A DNA stretch of 64,000 nt from NCBI GenBank assembly GCA_963796275.1, contig CAWCKY010000004.1, forward strand, positions 1,088,001 to 1,152,000, written 5' to 3'. Position numbers and translations under genes: made by a program. This document shows, one piece after another, positions 1-9,820 of the stretch (the stretch's first letter is position 1; the number at the start of each line of letters is the position of its first letter). Below the pieces are notes generated by a model. The model searched no databases, was not told where the DNA came from, and worked only from the letters and a program-made list of their open reading frames with translations. The DNA is from an uncultured Acidobacteriota bacterium (GTDB lineage: Bacteria > Acidobacteriota > Blastocatellia > RBC074).

Positions 1-685
1 CATCCTGCGATATGCTGTAATCCCACACCGTGCCCGGTTGGTGAACGAGCGGAACTTTGGCGGCGCGTTTGACGGCCGCTTCGATCGTTATCTCGGGATC
101 CATTACGCCCGCTTTGGCAAACATAAACTCGCCCTTTTCATCGCGCGGCCCGGAGTAGTTCATTCCCGATGTGTGACGCAATAGATCGCGGATCGTAATT
201 TCGCGCTCCGCGGGCACGGTATAAACGGTGCGTCTGCCCGTTCCCGCGTCGGTCTTCTCGACAGCTACTTGCATCTTGCCGAGTTCGGGTACGAATTTCG
301 AGACAGGGTCGTTGAGGGAGAACTTGCCCTCTTCGTAAAGAATCATGGTCGCTACTCCGGTGACGGCTTTGGTCATCGAGTAGATGCGAAAGATCGCGTC
401 TTTGCGCATCGGTTTGGAGGATTCTTTGTCCATCATTCCCCACGTTTCGAAATAACCGAGCTTTCCGCGCCGCGCGATCATGCCGATCGCGCCAGCGATC
501 CGGTTTTCCGCGATATGTTTTTGCATCACCGCTCCGATACGGTCGAGGCGCTCTTTCGACAGCCCGGCCTCTGCGGGAGTAGCCGGCGTCAATCCCTTGC
601 CGTTGGGATTGTCCGACGTTACGCCAACCGCAGGAGTCAGCAAGAGCGCGAAACAGGTCAACAGGTATATGATCGTACGGGTCAT
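1..685 (-). CDS. Serine hydrolase, beta-lactamase/AmpC-like family (C-terminus runs off the window)
   Basis: Not in the ORF track. Manual translation from ATG at 685 (AAGGAGA upstream): MTRTIIYLLTCFALLL signal peptide ... IFRIYSMTK (SxxK) ... ITIRDLLRHTSG. Confidence 0.9.
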   Translation of the reverse strand, partial: MTRTIIYLLTCFALLLTPAVGVTSDNPNGKGLTPATPAEAGLSKERLDRIGAVMQKHIAENRIAGAIGMIARRGKLGYFETWGMMDKESSKPMRKDAIFRIYSMTKAVTGVATMILYEEGKFSLNDPVSKFVPELGKMQVAVEKTDAGTGRRTVYTVPAEREITIRDLLRHTSGMNYSGPRDEKGEFMFAKAGVMDPEITIEAAVKRAAKVPLVHQPGTVWDYSISQD

Positions 686-740
686 CGTTATCTCCTTTTT
701 TTATTTTTAAATCCTCGTTTCTTCTCAGACCCGATGATGG

Positions 741-960
741 ACGTTGAAAAATAGATGAAACTTCTCAAAGTCCCAACGACGTCAGTCGGAGGATCGATAA
801 GGTCCAGCCTTCAATGTCTCACAGGTTGGACTTTAAATATCCACCGACTGCCGTCGGTGGGATTTGGTGAAAACTAAACCGGCTTGCGTATGGGTTGAGA
901 CTTAACCATCCACCGACACTGCAGTCGGTGGGATTAAGGAGGCAGCTATTTTCAAAGACC
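741..960. repeat. REP-like palindrome cluster (REPIN/MITE-like)
   Basis: Three copies of a CCACCGAC-N-GTCGGTGGGAT-type hairpin (768-794, inverted relative to 839-865 and 908-935). Outer imperfect IR TTGAAAAATAG ... CTATTTTCAA. Confidence 0.7.
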
Positions 961-1046
961 ATCACCAAGTTTAGAAGTTACCGATCTCACGGATTTGGGT
1001 GTACGATTTCGCGAGGCCTGACAACTAGAAACCCTTACTCCCCTCT

Positions 1047-2816
1047 TCATTTCTGCTTTTCCTCTTTAAACATTTTTCCCAGATCGGGGTTTCGCTCGAT
1101 GAGGGACTCGCGAAAAATAGCGGTGTAGACGGCGAGCTTGTTGCTCGGCGCGGTGCAAAGGGCGGCTATTTCACGAGCCAGACGGTAATGATGAAGTTTA
1201 GCCGCCCCTATCGCAATTGCGGCTAATCGTGTTGATTTCTCTGAACCCCAGGCGATCTGCTGGGCAGCGATTTGCGCTTCATTGAGAGTGCTTTTAGCTT
1301 TACCCGCCTCGCGATTTCTTGTCATCGCCTCAGCGACGCTGACCATAGCCTGAGAGCGATAGCCTGCATCATCGATCTTCTGGGCCGATGCGAGCGCCTC
1401 GTCCGTCCTGCCGGCAGTTGTCAGCGCTTCGACCAGGTTGGCCATCACCCGAGAGCGATAGTATGCATTATCGATCTGGCGGGCCGATACGAGCCCCTCA
1501 TTGGCAACCTGCAGCGCCTCTTCCGTATTGCCGGCCTTCTCCAGCGCTTTGACGATGCCAGCCATAAGCATAGAACGAGAGTATTCATCCTCTATCTTGC
1601 GGGCCGATTCGAGCGCCCCTCCCGACTTACCTGCCTCCCCCAAGGCCTCGACAATACCAACCATATGTACAGAACGAAGGTACGCATCATCAATTTTACC
1701 GGCTGATTCGAGGGCCTCGTTGGCTGCCTGCCGCGCTTCGTCCGTCCTTCCGGCCTTCCCCAACGCTCCGACGATGCTGGCCATCGCCCAGGAGCGGGGG
1801 GAATCATCCTCGATCTTGCGGGTCGATTCGAGCGCCTCGTGGGCAACCTGCAGCGCCTCTTCCGGCTTGCCAGCCTTCACCAGCGCTTCCACGATGCCAG
1901 CCATGAGCGTAGAGCGAGAGTATTCATCCTCGATAAGGCGAGCCGATGCGAGCGCCTCGCCGATCTTGCCGGCCTTGGTCAGCGCTTCGATGACGTTGAC
2001 CATCGCCAGAAAGCGATAGGCCTCATCCTGGATCTGACGGGCTGATTCGAGCGCTTCACCGGTAACCTGCTGCGCCTCATCCGTCTTGCCGATCTTCTCC
2101 AGCACTTCGACGATGCTGACCATCACCCGGGAGCGGAGGTCGGCATCGGAAATTTTGCGGCTCGATTCGAGCGCTTCGTGGGCGATCGGTAGCGCCTCGT
2201 CTGTCTTGCCGGCCCTCCCCATCGCTTCGACGATTCTGGCCATCACCCGAACGCGGAGGTCTTCATACACGATCTCGCGGGCCGATTCGAGAGCCTTTTC
2301 GACAGCCAGCTGCCACCGTTCCGTCTGGCCGAGCCTCGTCAGAGCTTCGACGATGCTGACCATCACACGAGAGCGGGGGATTGCATCGACTATCTTGCGG
2401 GTCGATTCGAGCGCCTCGTGGGCAGCCTGCAGCGCCTCGTCCGACTTGCCGTCCCTCTCCAACGCTTCGGCGATGTTTACTAATCCCCGGGAACGGTATT
2501 CTGCATTTCCGATCTTGCGGGCCGATTCGAGCGCCTCATTCGACTTTCCAAGTATGACCAGTGTCCGTAACCAGGTTTCTACAATTTCGAATCCTTCTCC
2601 CTCTTTCTCAATAGCTATCAACTTCACCAACTGTGAGGACTCGAAAAGGACCTTATCGATTTGTGATTCAATCCTGTTATCCCAGAGATCCCAACCGATC
2701 GCCGCCAGCACGGCGATGATCGCTAATATCGCGTTAGTCAACATCGGACCGCGCCGTTTTCCGGCGGTCAGCTCACGATTTTGAAAAATTTCTGGCTTCT
2801 CCGGATTCATAGCCAT
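1047..2816 (-). CDS. Membrane-anchored alpha-helical (TPR/HEAT-like) repeat protein
   Basis: About 11 repeats of ALESARKIxDxxxRSxxMxxIVEALxxxGxxxEA; N-terminal hydrophobic segment AILAIIAVLAAIGW. Start codon uncertain (2816/2810). Confidence 0.8.
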   Translation of the reverse strand: MAMNPEKPEIFQNRELTAGKRRGPMLTNAILAIIAVLAAIGWDLWDNRIESQIDKVLFESSQLVKLIAIEKEGEGFEIVETWLRTLVILGKSNEALESARKIGNAEYRSRGLVNIAEALERDGKSDEALQAAHEALESTRKIVDAIPRSRVMVSIVEALTRLGQTERWQLAVEKALESAREIVYEDLRVRVMARIVEAMGRAGKTDEALPIAHEALESSRKISDADLRSRVMVSIVEVLEKIGKTDEAQQVTGEALESARQIQDEAYRFLAMVNVIEALTKAGKIGEALASARLIEDEYSRSTLMAGIVEALVKAGKPEEALQVAHEALESTRKIEDDSPRSWAMASIVGALGKAGRTDEARQAANEALESAGKIDDAYLRSVHMVGIVEALGEAGKSGGALESARKIEDEYSRSMLMAGIVKALEKAGNTEEALQVANEGLVSARQIDNAYYRSRVMANLVEALTTAGRTDEALASAQKIDDAGYRSQAMVSVAEAMTRNREAGKAKSTLNEAQIAAQQIAWGSEKSTRLAAIAIGAAKLHHYRLAREIAALCTAPSNKLAVYTAIFRESLIERNPDLGKMFKEEKQK

Positions 2817-3017
2817 ATCGGAATCTGCAAGGAATATCGGCGTGCGGTACAACGTGGGGATTATAAGCCCTCGCTGTTCTTTCGCCTCAGCCAAAAATAC
2901 AATTTCAAAAGATCGACAATTTTTTCCAAGCCGACTAACATACACTCGGCGGCGGCGCGGTTATCGAATTCCAGATCGCAGGGGCCGCCATTAATTGATT
3001 TCCGGAGGATTCACAAG

Positions 3018-3602
3018 ATGAAGATTTCTGTAATGCTTTCTCTGATCTGGCTCTTGCTGCCAGTCGTGGCCTTTGCCCAGACGACTGCATCAGCGGAAGA
3101 TCAGATTGCGTCCGCCATCCTCGCAGCTCCCGAAGAGCGGCGAGAGGGTGCAACTGTCCTGGGCTATGATGCGCAAGGCAAAATTGTGACGCTGCGCAAG
3201 GGCAGCAACGATCTGATCTGCCTCTCGGACAAGCCCACCGACAATAAGTTCAGCGTTGCCTGCTACCACAAGGACCTCGAACCCTTTATGGCTAGAGGCC
3301 GCGAGCTTGAAGCCCAGGGAATTTCCGGCAATGAGCGGAACGAGAAACACCGATGGAAGGAGATCAAGGAGGGAAAACTTCCGATGCCGCGCGAACCTCG
3401 GATGCTCTATGTGCTCTCCGGCAAAGGCTACGATGCTGCAAGCGGCCAAGTAACCAATGGTTCTTTACGCTGGGTGATCTACTTGCCCTTTGCAACAGGA
3501 GAATCCACCGGATTGTCGACCAAGTCGAAGCGAGGCGAGCCGTGGCTGATGGATGCCGGGACGGCTGGCGCTCACATCATGATCACACCCCCAGGTAAAT
3601 GA
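3018..3602 (+). CDS. Secreted hypothetical protein
   Basis: GGAGG upstream of ATG 3018; signal peptide MKISVMLSLIWLLLPVVAFA; C-terminal PWLMDAGTAGAHIMI. Confidence 0.8.
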   Translation: MKISVMLSLIWLLLPVVAFAQTTASAEDQIASAILAAPEERREGATVLGYDAQGKIVTLRKGSNDLICLSDKPTDNKFSVACYHKDLEPFMARGRELEAQGISGNERNEKHRWKEIKEGKLPMPREPRMLYVLSGKGYDAASGQVTNGSLRWVIYLPFATGESTGLSTKSKRGEPWLMDAGTAGAHIMITPPGK

Positions 3603-3624
3603 ATCTCACTCGAATCTCGCTCGT

Positions 3625-4695
3625 ATGAATACTTATCACATTGCGGTAATTGCCGGAGACGGCATCGGGCGGGAAGTAATTCCCGCCGGCATCAAAGTGC
3701 TCGAAGCGGCCGGCGCTCGCTTCGGATTTCAGTTTAAGTGGACACACTTTCCCTGGGGCTCTGATTATTATTTTGAGCACGGCGTTATGATGCCGGCGGA
3801 TGCGCTCGATCAACTGCGACCGCTCGACGCCATATATCTGGGCGCCGTCGGCGATCCGCGCTTACAGGACAACCTCACGCTGAACGGTCTGCTGCTACCG
3901 ATTCGACGCACCTTCGATCAGTACGCTTGCGTTCGGCCGGCTGTGCTTTATGAAGGTGCGCGCTCTCCGCTTGCCGGGAAGAAGGCCGGCCAGATCGATT
4001 TCACCGTGGTGCGCGAAAACACCGAAGGTGAATACACGCAGATCGGCGGAAATCTCTATACCGGGAGAGCGGAGGAAGTGGCGATTCAGACAGCCGTATT
4101 CACGCGACACGGGACCGAACGCGTGATCCGCTTTGCCTTTGACCTCGCTCGCAAACGGAACAAAAAGATGCGGCTGACCTCGGTGACGAAATCGAACGCA
4201 CAGGGTTTCAGCATGGCCTTCTGGGATCGCGTCTTCACCGAGGTCAGCCGGGAATACCCTGACATCAGTACGGAATCGCTGCTGGTCGATGCGGCTTGCA
4301 TGGATCTGGTGCGGCGGCCTGAGAGTTTCGATGTGATCGTCGCCTCGAACCTGTTCGGCGACATCCTGACAGACCTCAGCGCGATCATCACGGGTAGCCT
4401 CGGTCTGGCACCGAGCGCCAACCTCAATCCCGAAAAGAGATACCCATCGATGTTCGAACCCGTGCATGGCTCGGCTCCCGACATCGCTGGGCGAAACCTC
4501 GCCAATCCGCTTGCGACGATTCTGGCCGGCGCCATGATGCTCGACCACCTGGACGAAGCGGAGGCGGCGCGCAAAATAGAAGAGAGTGTAGCAAAGGTGC
4601 TCGCCTCAGGTGCCACACTGACGGCGGATTTGGGTGGGAAGGCTAAGACCGATGAGGTTGGGGCAGCAACGATCGCGCATTTCGAGGATGATTAA
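3625..4695 (+). CDS. Tartrate/D-malate dehydrogenase-like (isocitrate/isopropylmalate dehydrogenase family)
   Basis: IAVIAGDGIGREV, VVRENTEGEY, SVTKSNA, SNLFGDILTDL, SMFEPVHGSAPDIAG. Confidence 0.9.
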   Translation: MNTYHIAVIAGDGIGREVIPAGIKVLEAAGARFGFQFKWTHFPWGSDYYFEHGVMMPADALDQLRPLDAIYLGAVGDPRLQDNLTLNGLLLPIRRTFDQYACVRPAVLYEGARSPLAGKKAGQIDFTVVRENTEGEYTQIGGNLYTGRAEEVAIQTAVFTRHGTERVIRFAFDLARKRNKKMRLTSVTKSNAQGFSMAFWDRVFTEVSREYPDISTESLLVDAACMDLVRRPESFDVIVASNLFGDILTDLSAIITGSLGLAPSANLNPEKRYPSMFEPVHGSAPDIAGRNLANPLATILAGAMMLDHLDEAEAARKIEESVAKVLASGATLTADLGGKAKTDEVGAATIAHFEDD

Positions 4696-4706
4696 AAGGA
4701 CAAAAG

Positions 4707-4811
4707 TCATTTTACATTTATCATTTTACATATGTCATTTGACATTAATTGCATCCTTCAGGGACGAACAAATGACAAATGACAAGTGTAAAATGATATA
4801 TGTAAAATGAA
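4707..4811. repeat. Inverted degenerate heptamer array (TCATTTK ... MAAATGA)
   Basis: Left arm tcattttacatttatcattttacatatgtcatttgacatt; right arm aaatgacaaatgacaagtgtaaaatgatatatgtaaaatga; lies between convergent genes. Confidence 0.85.
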
Positions 4812-4835
4812 AGACGCGAATTCAGTGTTTATTTG

Positions 4836-5939
<1,104 letters not shown>

Positions 5940-5983
5940 TATGATTGAAGTGAATTTAACCCAAGCTGAAAAAGGATGCTATC

Positions 5984-7060
5984 GTGACCGGGCTTGATCT
6001 GCCAACTGCATATTACGTTTTCTTCGCTTTCCTCTTTGGCCTGCTGATCGGCAGCTTCCTCAACGTCGTGATACATCGCGTTCCCCTCGACGAATCGATC
6101 GTTTTTCCAGGATCGCACTGCCCGGGTTGCGGAAACTCGATTCGCGCGCTCGACAACATCCCGCTCATAAGCTACGCCCTCTTGCGCGGGCGATGTCGCT
6201 ACTGCCAGAGGAGAATCTCGCCGATCTATCCGTTTGTTGAAATCCTCACCGCGCTGCTTTTTTCGGCCATCATTTATAAAACCGGCCCAAATGGAAAGGC
6301 TCTGCTGGAAATGGCTTTCGCATCGATCATGCTCGCGTTAGTAATGATCGATGCCCGCCACCTGCTGCTGCCAAATATCATCACGTATCCCGGTTTCATC
6401 TTCGCCATGGCCGCGGCTACCGTGCGCGGCGGCCTGGGGATGAATGCGGGGGGCGATTTTGCTCTCATCACAACTAACCCGGGATTCGATCCCTTGCGCG
6501 CGGCATTCTTCGGCGGGCTGCTGCTCGCGCTCGCCGCAATTGGGTTCCGTCTACTCGATCGACTCGACCTGATTCTGTTTAATAAATACCTGGAATGGGC
6601 GGAGATGAATGCCGAGATTCCAGGCAACAGCGGCGCGGATGACCATGGCCGCAAAACTCGCGCGGCGGTGATTACCGGATTGTTGATCGCCGTCATCTGG
6701 GCAGTTACGACCATCACATTTTCCCCGAACGATCGATTTGATTGGGAAGAGGCTTACAATTCCTTGCTGTCTGCGAGCGTGGGGGCATTCATCGGGGGCG
6801 GACTGATCTGGGGGCTGCGCGCCGTCTATTTTTACGTTCGCGGAATCGAAGGGATGGGGCTGGGCGACATCAAGATGATGGCAATCTCCGGCGCATTTCT
6901 TGGTTGGCGCGGCGTGATCGGCGTGATGCTCATAAGCTCGATTCTCGGCGTGGCTGCGGGAGTAGTCCTCGCTTTCCGCAGCAAGCGGGGGATGGAAACA
7001 GCGGTGCCCTACGGAGTTTGTCTCGGGATTGCTTCGTTGATCGTGATGTTGATCTACTGA
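5984..7060 (+). CDS. pilD: Prepilin peptidase (A24A) with a central insertion
   Basis: [17 protein letters not shown]...CRYC zinc pairs, MIDARH and GMGLGDIK catalytic Asp motifs, VPYGVCL. Confidence 0.88.
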   Translation: MTGLDLPTAYYVFFAFLFGLLIGSFLNVVIHRVPLDESIVFPGSHCPGCGNSIRALDNIPLISYALLRGRCRYCQRRISPIYPFVEILTALLFSAIIYKTGPNGKALLEMAFASIMLALVMIDARHLLLPNIITYPGFIFAMAAATVRGGLGMNAGGDFALITTNPGFDPLRAAFFGGLLLALAAIGFRLLDRLDLILFNKYLEWAEMNAEIPGNSGADDHGRKTRAAVITGLLIAVIWAVTTITFSPNDRFDWEEAYNSLLSASVGAFIGGGLIWGLRAVYFYVRGIEGMGLGDIKMMAISGAFLGWRGVIGVMLISSILGVAAGVVLAFRSKRGMETAVPYGVCLGIASLIVMLIY

Positions 7061-7063
7061 TTC

Positions 7064-7183
7064 GGTTGTCGGTAGTCGGTTGTCAGTTGTCGGTCGGCGA
7101 TTCGTAGTTAACAAGTCATGGTCAACTAGCAAAACACTATGAGCAATTGATTGCGAACCGCCAACCGTCAACCGTCAACCGCC
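7064..7183. repeat. Inverted heptamer array (GGTTGTC)n ... (CAACCGY)n
   Basis: ggttgtc ggtagtc ggttgtc agttgtc ... aaccgcc aaccgtc aaccgtc aaccgcc; fills the gap between convergent stop codons. Confidence 0.9.
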
Positions 7184-7184
7184 C

Positions 7185-9596
7185 TCATTCGTGGCGTAGC
7201 GCCACCATCGGATCGACTTTTGACGCCCGCCGAGCCGGAATGTAGCAAGCCATAAGCGCCACGATGATCAGGACGAACGCGATACCGCCCATCGCCATCG
7301 GATCGCGCGTGGGCAATGTGGGGATCGCCGATGCCAGGAAACGCGCCACAGCATATGCGCCGCCGAATCCGAGCAGTGCGCCCAAGAAAATCAAGCGCGC
7401 TCCTTTTCCCAATACCAGCCGGAGCACGTCAATCGTTTGCGCACCGAGAGCCCTGCGAATCCCGATTTCGCCCGTGCGTTGGATGACGGAATATGAGATC
7501 ACCCCGTAAATTCCGATGGCGGCCAGTGCCAGTCCGAGCGCGGCAAACGCGCCGAGCAGAGAACCGAGGAGCGAGACGGATCCCAGGCTCTGCACCACGA
7601 TGCTGCGCGCAGTTCGGATCTGATACGCCGGCAGAGCGGGGTCCACTTCGGCGACGGCGCTGCGTAAGGCGCTCATAATTGCCTCCGGCGCAGCGGAGGT
7701 ACGCAAAAAGATGTGGTTAAATCCCCACGGTTGCTGCGCCAGCGGCCGGAACGATTGAAAACGCGTGTAGGGTTCACCCAGGCTTGCAGGGAAACTCACG
7801 TCGTTCACAACTCCTACGATCTCCACCCAGGTCGGGTTTTGCCCCTGGCCGGCAATGCGTTTGCCGACCGCACTTTCACCCGGCCAGAAGTGCCGCGCCG
7901 TGGTTTCGTTGATGATGGCAACCGGGGGCCGTTCAGCGGCGTCTGCGACCGTGAAGAGGCGGCCTTCCAGCAGCCGAATCCCGAAAGTCTCGAAATATCG
8001 CGTGCTCACCGGTTCCTGGAAGATTTCGGGCCACTGCCCCGGCCGCGGCTCAGGCCGCCCTTCGATCCTGAAACCTGTGCTGGAGTAAAATGACCAGACA
8101 GGTTGCGAGTTGGAGAGCGCTACATGCTGAACGCCGGGGAGCGCCGCCAGCCGTTCTTCAAGCCGCTTATGGAAGTTTCGTTTCTGATCGTCACTCCGAT
8201 AATTGTCGCCCTGCAGGCTGATTTGTGCCGTCACCAGTCCATCCAGGCGCCAGCCGGGATCGAGATTGATGAATCGTTGCAACCCGCGCAGAAATAGACC
8301 CGCCCCCGTCAGCAATACCAGCGCGAATGCGACTTCACCGACAATCAGCGCGCTCCGCAAGCGCTGGTGCGATCGGCCCGCGCTCGATCCGCGCGCGTTC
8401 TCCCTCAGCGCCTGGTTAACATCCGCGCGCGAAGCCAGCCAGGCCGGCACTGTGCCGAAGAGCAAACCGGTCAGCAGCGAACAGAGCAAGGCGAAGCCGA
8501 AGACCTTGAAATCGAGCGTTACTTCCGCGCCGGGCAACTCGCTAAAGAGACGACTGCTGATAAAACTTATTCCCGACAGCGCCAGCAAGAAGCTCAGTGC
8601 GCCGCCAATGAGGGCGATCATCAAACTTTCAATGAGCGATTGCCGGAGCAGACGAATGCGTCCGGCGCCGAGCGCGGCTCGCACGGAAAACTCGCGTGTG
8701 CGTGCTGCAGTACGGGCGAGTTGGAGATTGGCGATGTTGGCGCAGGCGATAAGCAGTACGAACCCGGCCAGGCCGAAAGTGAACCACATAACCTTCCGCC
8801 CGATCTCATCCGAGATAGACTGCTGCAGTGGTTCGAGTCGCAAGCTCTCGTTCTGGTTGCGCCCGGACTCTTGGGAGATGTTAGCGGCGAGCGTCTTCAT
8901 CGCCTGATCGGCCTGCTCGATCGTCACGCCGGGTTTCAGACGCGCGAAGGATGCCAGCCAGTTATTGTTGCGGTTCCGGCGCTCCTCCGCGTTGAACGAC
9001 AGGGGCCGCCACACATCGACCGTGCCCCACAACAGCGGATGATCGAAACCCGGAGGCATCACACCGATGACCTTTACATCCAGTCCATCCATCTTCAGCG
9101 TACGACCCAAAGCGTTAGCGTCGCCGCCGAATCGGCGCAGCCAGAAACGATCGCTCAGTACGACGACACGGTCGGCGCCCGCCTCATGCTCTTCGGGAGT
9201 GAAGGTGCGACCCAGTGCCGGCTGAATACCCAACGCCGGAAAGAAATCGGCGGTGGCGGCGATGCCCTGCAAGCGCTCGGCCGGCTCTCCCGGATTTGCG
9301 AGATTGGGACCTATATTGGTAAAGGCGACCATCTTATCGAAGGCGTTGTTCTTCTCGCGAAAATCGAAGAAGTTCCCCTGCGAATGCGGCCAGCTCTGCG
9401 AATGAATCGAAGTACGATAGACCCGCACCAACCCATCCGATTGCGGATACGGAAGCGCGCGAAACAGATATGTATTGAGCACGCTGAACATCGCAGTGTT
9501 GGCTCCGATGCCGAGCGCGAGGGTGAGCACGGCTACAATGGCAAAGCCTTTATCCTTGAGCAGCATTCGTATGCCAAATCGCAGGTCTTGCAACAT
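7185..9596 (-). CDS. ABC permease, ADOP/MacB-FtsX duplicated type
   Basis: MLQDLRFGIRML...AVLTLALGIGANTAMFS, LLIACANIANL, RTGEIGIRRALGA, PARRASKVDPMVALRHE. Confidence 0.95.
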   Translation of the reverse strand: MLQDLRFGIRMLLKDKGFAIVAVLTLALGIGANTAMFSVLNTYLFRALPYPQSDGLVRVYRTSIHSQSWPHSQGNFFDFREKNNAFDKMVAFTNIGPNLANPGEPAERLQGIAATADFFPALGIQPALGRTFTPEEHEAGADRVVVLSDRFWLRRFGGDANALGRTLKMDGLDVKVIGVMPPGFDHPLLWGTVDVWRPLSFNAEERRNRNNNWLASFARLKPGVTIEQADQAMKTLAANISQESGRNQNESLRLEPLQQSISDEIGRKVMWFTFGLAGFVLLIACANIANLQLARTAARTREFSVRAALGAGRIRLLRQSLIESLMIALIGGALSFLLALSGISFISSRLFSELPGAEVTLDFKVFGFALLCSLLTGLLFGTVPAWLASRADVNQALRENARGSSAGRSHQRLRSALIVGEVAFALVLLTGAGLFLRGLQRFINLDPGWRLDGLVTAQISLQGDNYRSDDQKRNFHKRLEERLAALPGVQHVALSNSQPVWSFYSSTGFRIEGRPEPRPGQWPEIFQEPVSTRYFETFGIRLLEGRLFTVADAAERPPVAIINETTARHFWPGESAVGKRIAGQGQNPTWVEIVGVVNDVSFPASLGEPYTRFQSFRPLAQQPWGFNHIFLRTSAAPEAIMSALRSAVAEVDPALPAYQIRTARSIVVQSLGSVSLLGSLLGAFAALGLALAAIGIYGVISYSVIQRTGEIGIRRALGAQTIDVLRLVLGKGARLIFLGALLGFGGAYAVARFLASAIPTLPTRDPMAMGGIAFVLIIVALMACYIPARRASKVDPMVALRHE

Positions 9597-9597
9597 A

Positions 9598-9806
9598 AAA
9601 ATTTTAGATTTTAGATTTTAGTTTTAAAATTTTAGATTTAAAATTTTATCCTTGAGCAGCATCCGTAGGCTAAATCGCAGGTCTTGCAACTTATCTCACT
9701 CCAAGAGACGAAAATTTAGATTTTAGATTTAGATTTAGATTTAGATTTAGATTTAGATTTAGATTTAAAATCTAAAATCTAAAATCTAAAATCTAAAATC
9801 TAAAAT
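9598..9806. repeat. (TTTTAGA/TTTAGA)n ... (TCTAAAA)n arrays enclosing a duplicated gene start
   Basis: Arrays at 9598-9647 and 9713-9806; a 49-nt copy of the permease 5' end lies at 9645-9693. Confidence 0.9.
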
Positions 9807-9820
9807 TTTCAGGTTTTGAA

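Noticed and set aside
8367-9614. 415-aa plus-strand ORF and other long antisense ORFs
   Set aside because: Shadow frames of well-supported genes in GC-rich DNA; no motifs.
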